Below are positions 51,016 to 64,000 of a DNA stretch of 64,000 nt, piece after piece. The stretch lies in NCBI RefSeq assembly GCF_009914755.1, contig NC_060948.1. The stretch is one strand, 5' to 3'. This DNA comes from the human T2T-CHM13v2.0 reference genome, Homo sapiens. A model generated the notes under the pieces. The model was not told the DNA's origin. It ran no database searches and saw only the letters and a list, made by a program, of their open reading frames with translations. Numbering within the stretch: the stretch's first letter is position 1; each line of letters begins with the position of its first letter. The translations under genes and the position numbers were made by a program.

Positions 51016-53819
51016 GTATCCTTTTCAGTGTTTCTTCTGCCTTTCTAGTTGAGAGGTGCTCTTGGGGAAGTGTAAGTAACTTACGGGCAGCTCGGCATCT
51101 ATCAATTTCTGAGAAACTTATACAAGTCTCAGCTAAACAGCTGGCACTGGACCACTGCCCTTTCAGCTGCCTGTTGCTGACTTCTTTCGTTAGATAATAT
51201 CCCCCAGGCAGCAACTGCTTGTGTCACCCTGCCTCCACTTGATATCCTAAAGACCAATATCTACTGTTTAAAACACTTTAAGTCTTAGATATAGCATAAA
51301 GGGTTTATGGGATACAAAACAACAGTCGGACACAAGAGATTGAGTCATTCTTTTTTAAACTTTTGTTTGTAAGTATTTTGTAGTTTATCTTATCGGAAGT
51401 GAGAGACCAAGAGAGTAAAAACACTGCTTCCTTTTCATCCACCCTAATGCATCTCAAACTTATGTCTCATCACTTGCTTTGTATGAGATGTCTGTATATG
51501 AACTCCCATAAAATGTTGCATAATTTATACAAGCAAATGGTCCCATGAAACAATATTAATTTTTAAAGATAAATCCACATTCAAAAGTAAAGATTTTCAA
51601 AACCAGAAATAATTTACAGAAATGCTAAAAAATGTGGCATAATTATCATAATGTGGAAATGGAAATTCAGACAAACTTTCACATTGTTACTGAGAGTACT
51701 TTTCCTTGAAGACCTACAGTTCTGGCTATCTGCATTCCAGGAATATTTTTCTTATTTTTTTATCATCTCATAACCAAATGGCCAACTAGGTTAGATTTTC
51801 CATGTTACAGTGTTTGACTGAAGAGTCAATAACCCTTGCAACAGAGAACATCCTTAGAAATTAGTTGACCAAAGTCTCAAGTTTCCCAAGGCCAGTCCTT
51901 AGGGTTCAATCTCAGACTGTAATAGTGTTTTCTGCAGAACAGTGTCTTTAAGTAGGCAGTTATTTTCACATTTATAATCTGTTGGTGGAAACTCTGGTCC
52001 TAAAGTAAGAGCAGAAGATGCATCTCTCCTTTCATGACAAGTTTGACACTCAGGAGATGATAAACTTATAGGAAAAAAATTATTTTCTCCATTTTTCTTT
52101 GGCCATTTATTCCCAGAAGAAATTAGAATAAATATATGAATGATATTTAAAAACATTTTGGAAAAAATTAAAGAATATATTAAGAAACAAAACTTTTGCC
52201 AGTATCAGTCTTCGACAAAAAAGTTAACCATTTTAACTATAAAGTATAAATGTATTTACAAATAAAGTGATGCATAGGGAAATGTTTCTTGCATTGTACA
52301 CACTTTCTCCAGTGATGTCCTAGCCACTCATTTAAAATGGGTCATTGATTGAATTACAACTATAACCTTAATGCAAATAGTACAGTAGAAAGTTTTTTAA
52401 AACAGAACACATGTACACAATAGTTGGTCTTCCAGTTGCACAGTTTCTTTTGTATGCATGTGTGTATGTCTATGTAATTTTATATACTTATAGAGATTAG
52501 ATTTTGGGCAAGCAATTTAGAAGTAACCAGATTTTCTTTGTAATAAGAAGGAAAATGTTTAAATTGAAATTTTAGTTGAACAGTAAAACTGTATAAGAAT
52601 TTACACTGCTCAGGGAAAAGATGTATTGTGTTTTGCAGACTGAAAGAGTTCTTTCCTGAGTAACCCAGTGTTGGTATTCACTGCAGAAATAGATTTGTTT
52701 TGGTAGACCCCTGTAGCCAGCTACCTGCAGAGAAGGAAATCCTGCTGAACAGAATTATAAATAGAATAGTTAAATATTCTTTCATTTCAGTGAAGCGTTC
52801 ACATACGATATTCTCTTTTATTCATTTATAAACATTTATATTTAATACATTTTCCAAAAAATAAAGTAATTATAAAAATTAACAAGAGATTTGTATATTC
52901 CTTATTTAAAATTTTTAGCCTATTCAAATATAAGAAGTCCACTCTGAAATACCTGAAGATGATATATGAAATGAATAAGAAAAGAAAATACAGCAGAATG
53001 TACCAGATGTTTTTTGTGTGTTGGATGTACATATATCTGTTAGCTTTTAGTGGCAGACAGAGTGCAGTCTACATAATTTTATTCATAATAGATGCCTATG
53101 CATCATACATTCACACATAAATATTATTTCTCTGAAGATTGAAATAGAAAGCTAGGAGAATACAACATGACACATATGCTGAATTACATATAAGCAAGTG
53201 TGAATTATGTAGTTAAATGATCTCTTCACCAGTCTTCTTCTCACTCTCTCACTGGGTAGTCTAAGGATTAATTAAAGTTCCTCGGCTCTTTCAAGCTAAG
53301 AAACAGTATGTAAGTGCTATGCATTATCATGGTAACACAAGAGGGAGGTATAAGTGATTTATAACTTCACAGGCTCTGTGAAATGTGTCTAGCCTGATAG
53401 GTTTTTCTAACAGTGTTTTATGGATTGGAAAGTGCTTATCAGATTTGAAGATGGAATTTGCTCTATTAAAATCATGCTAATCTGCAAAACCAATCTTTGT
53501 TCTATATGTATGTAGAGTGATGTTTCTCAAAATAGAAGAAAACTTGGGATATGATTTCGGAGGTAATATAATAAGGTAGAATGGTGACATGAATTATAAC
53601 TTATCTATTATTGTTTGACTCAGCTGATGCTCTCTTAATTAGGGCAACTGAAGTCTAATTAATTTGCATAAGGTAGCCATCCCATTTTTATACTTTTAAA
53701 GACAGTCAGGAGATATCACCGTTTCCACAAAGCTTATATAGATTTTATTAGCATGTTTCAATTACGTATCACTGCAATAATGTCAATTCTGTAATGTAAC
53801 ATATTATTTCCTTTAGTAG

Positions 53820-54626
53820 TATATTTATTTTATTTGTATTTCATTTTTAGTATAGATTCAGAGAGTACATGTGCAGGCTTGTTACAAAGGCATATTGTGT
53901 GATGCTGATGTTTAGTCTTCTGTTGATCCCATCACCCAGATACCGAACTTTGTACCCAATAGGAAGATTTTCAGCCCCTGCCTCTCTCCCTCTGTCCCAC
54001 TTTGGAGTCCCACTGTATAATGTTCCTGTCTTTATTTCTGTGTGCACCTAAGTTTAAGCTCTTTTTCATAATTGAGAATATTCAATATTTGTTTTTCTGT
54101 TTCCTCATTAATTTGCTTAGGTTAATAACACAGCTAAGTCCGTGTTGCTGTAAAGGAGATGATTTTGTTCTTTTTATGGCTGTGTGCTAGTACAGGGTTC
54201 ATATGTACCACATTTTCTTTATCCCATCCACCATGGATGGGCTCCTAGGTTAACCTCGTGTCTTCGCTATGGTGATGAATATGAGATTTCCTGTGTCTTT
54301 TTGGTAGCTTTAATGATTTATTTTCCTTTGAGCATATACTGAGTAATATGATTGCTGGGTGGAATGGTAGTTCTATTGTTAGTTCTTTTAGAAATCCCCA
54401 AACTGCTTTCCACAGTGACTGAACATTCTTACCACCAGTGTATAAGAGTTCCTTGTTCCCTGCAGCCTTGCCCACATACATCATTCTTATTATTTTCGCT
54501 TTTTAATAATAATAGTCATTCTGACTTGGTATGAGATGGTATCTTGTTGTGATTTTGATTTGGATTTCTCTGATGATCAGTGATGTTGAGCACTTTTCTT
54601 ATGTTTCTTGGCCACTAGTATGTCTT
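53820..54626 (-). mobile_element. Old L1 3' end (L1PB/L1MA-like)
   Basis: gtacatgtgcaggcttgttacaaaggcatattg...; decayed ORF2 end (LWKAVWGFLKEL..ELPFHPAI). Confidence 0.8.
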
Positions 54627-54640
54627 AAGAAGATATTTTT

Positions 54641-57243
<2,603 letters not shown>

Positions 57244-60200
57244 AAGAAGATATTTTAAATAAATATACAAATGTTTCCTCTATTTATACGTGAAATTCTG
57301 CTTGTGTCCTTCTCTCTTCTACTACATGATTTTACATGGATAATGAGTCAAAAAATGTGAAGTGCTGGTAATATATTTTATCTCACACTTGTAAAATGTT
57401 TTTCTTTGAAAATACCACTTGTTCTAATTTTTAATTTTTTTAATTTCTTGGAAGTGACAGTTGAGACAAGGAAATTGTAAAGCAATTACTTCACAAGGTG
57501 ATTGCAATGTAAATGGTATTATAAAATTATTTGGTTTTGAGGAAAATTTAAAAAGATACAGAAATACAAAATAATATAACAAATACCAATTTAACCCCAC
57601 TTAAAAATAGCAGCTATTAATATATTCCTTTTTCTACTTACATTACCTCTGGTTGTAATTGGAATATTTGCCCTCAGGTTAGTTTCCTTTTTACCATTTC
57701 TTAGGCACCATTATCAGGAACTGGTATTATATTCATATTTTTTAAATTTATTAAAATATTTATTTCTGGATAATACTGGTGTTTTGTGAATTTTGAGTGT
57801 TTATGTCAATATTATAAGGTGTGTATTATTTCACATTTTTTTTCTGTTAAGATTCTTGTTGACAGCTGCCATTATTGATGGCATAGTTCGCAGTCTACTG
57901 AATTCTTATGTTCCATGATGGCTTTATTGAAATGCTACAATGAAAAACCTTCCCTATCCCTCCAGTTACACATATGTGAGAGTTTCTAATGAATATACTA
58001 GAAGAATGTCAGGACTGCAGTGTGTGTACAGTTTTAATTTTGAGGAGATAAAATATTCTCATTAGCTCCCTGGACTACCACTTTATTACTATTGTTGATC
58101 CATGCTAATCAGCTTAGCATATGTCTTAGATTTTTCATTTTTAGTGAAGTATTATTATAAGTTACATTAATTAGAACCAGCATGTGTGTGCTAAATGTTC
58201 ATTTTGTTTAATAATTACAGCTTGTCAGGCCTCTATCAGTATGTGAGAAAAATAAAATGTTAACACAACGATGACTTTAGTGTGGGGATAATCTGAAAAT
58301 CAACTTTAGTTTCCTGACACAGTTCACACAAAACATAGATCCTGCTACTTTTTAAGGACCGCATGTAGCAGACTGAGTGACAATAAATCAATATGCACTG
58401 AATCAATAGTAGCTAGGGATGAGTAGTTTCTTCCAATCTTGCCTGGTGATGGAAGAAGTATTTGACATGGTTTATTTTTTGTTTTGTTTTGTTTTCTTTC
58501 TATGTGGTCCACTTATATGACACTCCCAGATCATCGTGTGGTAGGTTTGGGGAAAATGAAGGAAATAATAGGCTAGATATACGTAAATTATGTGCTAGAA
58601 ATAGAAGCTTAACACACAGAGCATAGTTAATTGGTCTGGCCACAGTGGTTTTGTCATCTCTCATATACCTACAACTATTTATGGGCTGCTTGCTAATGAC
58701 TATTTTACAAAAATCTGTTTCAGCAGCAATGGTTGAAAAATGCAAGTAGGTATTTAATTAAAAACTACTCAATTTCCCTTTAAATCAAATTATGGGTTGA
58801 AAAGTGCCAATAAACAAATGATGTAATCATAAAGCCTTGTATTCCATGTTGGAACCACAAGGCTAAAAGTGATATCCTGAAATCCAGCATATAGAAAGCT
58901 GAGGGGAAAAAGCAGCTGCTATTTCAGAAGGTAATACTTAGTTACATTAAGAAAACTGTGCCTGAAGATGACATTTTCACAGGTTTAGTATGTGAATTCG
59001 GAAAAATTAAGCATATAATTCTGAGATGCAGGGCTTTTTATTTACATCAAATTACTATTTTTTAAAAAATCAATTGTGTATATATTTTAATTCTAATTTT
59101 TTTGCAGTTAAGAAATATGCATCAGTAATTGTTAGTATGTTAGCTCCATTAGCTACAGAAGAAATTCCAAAAGAATTCAATAATGCCATTTAGATGTTTC
59201 AAACAGAAAATTAAATTAAAAATGGTTTGAACATTTAGTCAATCATTGGAATTAAAATAAAGCTCTTGAAATTTTATTGTGTGAGAAATAAAACATTGAA
59301 TGATGTGGCAAATGATTTTTAATGTTCAGTTACACTAAACATTGTTGATAACTTTTATTGGTAACAAGAAGCAACTTTGGAAAAGCTTGCAAGTAACTTT
59401 ATTTAAAAAACCAGTATAAAATTGAAAGAAATGCATTTTCCAGAAAAGAACTATGGATAATTATTGATAAGAAACAGATTATTTCATATAAATATGTTCC
59501 GGGGTCATTATTCTGCCTACTATTTCTAATGTTTAAATAATAAATGTAAAGAAACTATTTTTCTGTTTTGCTTGAAGATATGTAATTGTGGTTTTAAATT
59601 TTTGAAGGAATTTCACTTTCAAAAATAGTTGGAAGATAACTATGTAATAGATCCATCGATATAGTAAAAACAATTTGCCTGTAAGGAAATAATATACTAA
59701 ATAATAAATGGTTTTGTATATGTTAGGACTCTTTTATCCTAAAAAAAAGTTTCCTTTGGAACAATAAACGTTGTAGTCACCCTAATTTTACTAAATATCA
59801 TTAGATAGTCCTGTGGATTGATGGAAAAAATTACACTTTTCTTACATTCTTGACTCCACTCAGTGTTATTATTTTAATAGTTGCCAAGCTAATGAAGGAA
59901 AGTTAGAACCTAATGTGGTTTTGATTTATATCCCTGGATTACTAATGAGCTCAAGCATCTAGTCATTTTTCATTGGTCATTTGACTTTCCTCTTTTCTAC
60001 AAAAGATCTAACTACTTACCTGTACTGCTTTTTCCTTCTCCTGGGCTAGATTGTATATATTTTTTCTTGTATATTTGTAAGAGTTATTTTTATTATTTTG
60101 GATACTGGTATTTTTATTTATATTTTTCTTAGTGATTTTTCTGGAGTTTTATAAACACTCAAGATAGTTTTTAGAATTTATGATCTGAAGATTTTCAAAA

Positions 60201-60624
60201 GGCTAACTCAGAAGTCATTTGTGGCTATGATGCTAACTTCAAATGAAAAAATAATTTTGCCACTTTAGCAAAACATACTTTAAAGATACTAATTAGAAAG
60301 CACTGAAGTGCTTAATTATGTGTTTTTCATAAAACTCATCTAAATAGTCATTTCAATAAAATCATTTACCTTTATAGTAAGAACAAATTATTAAATGTTG
60401 ATTACCTAGCTCCTGCATGGTTTTCTAAATATCTCACAATTGTCATTTGGTAATAATCTCTTAGCATACTTGTTAGAATTACTGGTTCTCCAGGTCTCAT
60501 TTTAGATGATTGAACCAGGATTTTGAAGGAAAATAGCTAGAAGTATCTGGACATATATTTTATGACCCACATAATTATTTGGGGTTATTTGTGAAACTTT
60601 GGTCTCACACATAAGAGAAAGTAA

Positions 60625-60679
60625 AAAAATAACAAAACAAAACAAAAAAAACCCAAAAAACAAACAAACAAAAAACAAT

Positions 60680-60730
<51 letters not shown>
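60625..60730. repeat. A/C-rich tract and (CA)n microsatellite
   Basis: Directly visible. Confidence 0.9.
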
Positions 60731-60733
<3 letters not shown>

Positions 60734-61849
60734 AACATCAAGTCAGGAGTCAGGAATAAATACCTTATCCTTCCCTCACTCCAGGCTTCTCAAGTTGTAT
60801 GCCCCTAAATGCATTTTCATTCTTGGCAAATACTACTCCAACTATCTAGCACTTCAGAGTGGTAATTAACCTGTTAGTTTGCAATTTAGCAAAAAATAAG
60901 AAACCTATTTCTTAACATTTTCTTTAGGATCATATTTCTAGCTATACCCTGTGTGTCAGTTAATGCTATGTATGGCTATAAAATAGCAGTATTTAACAAA
61001 AATATTTGACCACTGCAGCAAAATTACCTTCTGTAAATGATCCACTGCTACTAAGATTAACTGACAATTTGGAGATTGTACTGGCATTTTGAATTTCATA
61101 CATTCAAGGAAGATTGGAAAGCATCTTCAGATGCCATTGTCTATAATGATAATAGTTAATAATCATATTAACTTCCAAATTTTTCTGTGTTAAAGCAGGT
61201 GTGCAGGTATTGGATGAACAGGTAGGCCACTACTGTGGTTAGAGTTGTAAAAGTTTTGGTGAAATTGCACATGACAACATCTCCACAGAAAATTTAGATT
61301 TTGGCACAGCTAGGAGAGGTGGAAGAAAATGACGTTTTTGTTGTTGTTGTTGTTTTTAATGATTCCCCATCTGGATCTTAAAGGGAGATAGCACAATATT
61401 GTGGAAAGAGGTATTTTTGTAATCTGAAATTAGACTTTAAGAGAAGTTAAGTATTTTGAGACCCAAATTTCAGACATATGAAGTGGGGTCTAAAATATCT
61501 AGTACCTGTATATGTAGTTATAAAGATCATGTAACGATGGATTCTATTTGCCTTGTACTTGTCTGTAAAACAAAGCCATCATTTAATTGTGTTACTTAAC
61601 ATAGCTTCATGTGGGCATTTTTAAGGAACATTTATCTCGTGATAAATAAAATAGTAATATTTGCAGAGAATGGTACTTTCTCCAACATTGATATTGCAGA
61701 ACTCCAGCTGTTCTGTAGAGAAACTGACACGAATTGAAAAAAAAAAGGATGATTGAAGGTTGTTTAGGGGCCAGTCATTATTTACTGAGACTATATAATT
61801 CTCAGAGGGGACACACAACCTGTGAAGAGTTGGATGTGAATGATGAAGA

Positions 61850-62190
61850 GTCATTGAGAAAAGGCTGCCTGAAGAATCATCCTCTACATTTCTAGCTTGA
61901 AACACAGGGTATTTGGTGCTGTGAATTTCTGAAATAGTGGAATACTGTAGGAGGAAACATGTTTGGAGGATGAAATGAAGATCTGGCTTTGGTATGTGGA
62001 GATGTAAGGCATGCAGTTGGATATGCCAAGTCTGAAGGTCAGAACAAAGATCTGGCCTGAAACTGGGAATTTGTTAATGGTCAGCATAAAAAGGGTGTTT
62101 TAGCCTTGAGAAAACCCAAGAGGATCCATGACTGAGACCTGAACAATGTCACCACCTACAGATTTAGTAAAGATGTCAACAAAATACAGA
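61850..62190 (+). mobile_element. Ancient L2-like fragment
   Basis: cagttggatatgccaagtctgaaggtcagaacaaagatctggcctgaaactgggaatttgttaatggtcagcata resembles the L2 3' region. Confidence 0.45.
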
Positions 62191-62824
62191 CCAAAGTTCA
62201 TATTAAAATTAATGGGAACAGTCAAACTACTTAGTGAGCGGTATTCAGTCAACTAGCATTTAGCTAGCTATTGGCTAGCAAATTTGGGGGAAAAGTGTAT
62301 AAAGAATCTTTGATTAGGTTTCCAAATATACGAAATAAAAGCCACTCACATGTTAGAAGTCAATATACAAAATTATATTATGTTAATGGTACTATTTAAT
62401 GCTAATAGAGAAAAATGAAAATTATTCTGAATTAAATCAATAGACAATGTATTTTCTATCGTTGTCTTTGTTTTCTTCTCAATTTATTTGTGTGTCATTT
62501 TAACTCACTAAGCAATGACTCCTCTTAATCCCATTACTTTTTATTTAACACTGCATTTGTTTTTCATGTGCGCAATATCATACTGCCCAATAGAGAGGAA
62601 ATGCAGAATTTAGACTATTATATCAGAAACATCTTTGCTTTTCAGATTTGGACTTCTGGAGTGTGGTTAATTTAAGTGTTCTCATCAGGCCTTGATATTT
62701 CAGATTTCCGTAATCACTTCTCCAAAATAAAGTCTGAAGGTGATGACTACAATAAAATTAAAATTATACTGGCTTTTAAGATAATTATGTTTATGTAAAT
62801 GTGACGCCTTTTTTTGGGGGGTGG

Positions 62825-64000
62825 GGTGTCGTAAAATACCAATGTATATGTTATATTCGTAGGTGCCGTAAAATACCGACGTATATGTTATATTCGTCGG
62901 TGTCGTAAAATACCGACGTATCTGTTATAATCGTCGGTGTCGTAAAATACCGATGTATATGTTATATTCTTCCGTGTCGTAAAATACCGACGTATCTGTT
63001 ATATTCGTCAGTGTCGTAAAATACCGACGTATATGTTATATTCGTCGGTGTCGTAAAATACCGACGTATCTGTTATAATCGTCGGTGTCGTAAAATACCG
63101 ACGTATATGTTATAGTCTTCCGTGTCGTAAAATACCGACGTATTTGTTATAATCGTCGGTGTCGAAAAATACCGACGTATATGTTATATTCATCGGTGTC
63201 ATAAAATAACGACGCATATGTTACATTCGTTGGTGTAGTAAAATAACGACGTACATGTTACTTTCGTCGTCGTGAAATACCCACGTATATCTTATATTAG
63301 TTGGTGTCGTGAAATACCGACGTATATATTATATTCGTAGGTGTTGTGAAATACCAACGTATATCTTATATTCGTAGGTGTCGTGAAATTCCATCGTATA
63401 TGTTATATTCGTAGGTGTCGTAAAATACCGACGTATATGTTATATTCACTGGTGTCATAAAATAAGGACGTATATGTTACATTCGTCAGTGTCGTAAAAT
63501 ACCGACGTATATGTTACATTCGTCGTTGTCGTGAAATACCTACGTATATCTTATATTAGTTGGTGTCGTGAAATACCGACGTATATATTATATTCGTAGG
63601 TGTTGTAAAATAACGTCATCTATATTATATTTGTAGGTGTCGTAAAATACCGACGTATATAGTATAGGTGTCGTGAAATACCGACGTATTATATTCGTAG
63701 GTGTCGTGAAATTCCGTCGTATATGTTATATTCGTCGGTGTCATAAAACACCGACGTATATGTTATATTCGTCGGTGTCATAAAATACCGACATATATGT
63801 TATATTCGTCGGTGTCGTAAAATACCGACGTATATAGTATAGGTGTTGTGAAATACCGACGTATATATTATATTCGTAGGTGTCGTGAAATACCAACGTA
63901 TATCTTATATTCGTAGGTGTCGCGAAATTCCGTCGTATATGTTATATTCGTCGGTGTCGTAAAATACCGACGTATATGTTATATTCATCGCTGTTATAAA
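62825..64000. repeat. 37-bp CpG-rich tandem satellite (~32 units, continues past the window end)
   Basis: Consensus GGTGTCGTAAAATACCGACGTATATGTTATATTCGTC repeated head-to-tail. Confidence 0.97.

Noticed and set aside
62825-64000. CRISPR array (37-bp palindromic repeats)
   Set aside because: The units are head-to-tail with no unique spacers, there are no cas genes, and the context is primate DNA.

Overview
Eukaryotic, ape-like genomic DNA (young AluY, L1PA2-like L1, HERV9/LTR12) with Y-chromosome ampliconic character over ~1-51,100 and no intact protein-coding gene. From left to right: a degenerate ~2.0-2.45 kb tandem array (SST1/TTTY-type), an Alu/MaLR/LTR-rich spacer, a deleted and probably chimeric HERV9 provirus, two RBMY pseudo-exons (- strand) and L1s. 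Next comes a ~16.5 kb decayed multi-domain serine-protease-like gene (PRSSLY-like, + strand). Its giant exon is a cryptic 33/66-bp 'PWTQ' repeat, preceded by the tail of an extra trypsin-like domain and followed by six phase-compatible exons or exon remnants for two more domains. An isolated TSPY exon 1 then breaks off into ~11 kb of unrelated AT-rich DNA. The window ends in a CpG-rich, hairpin-containing 37-bp satellite with a 7-mer higher-order trace. All calls were made by eye; family names are from recall and need database confirmation.
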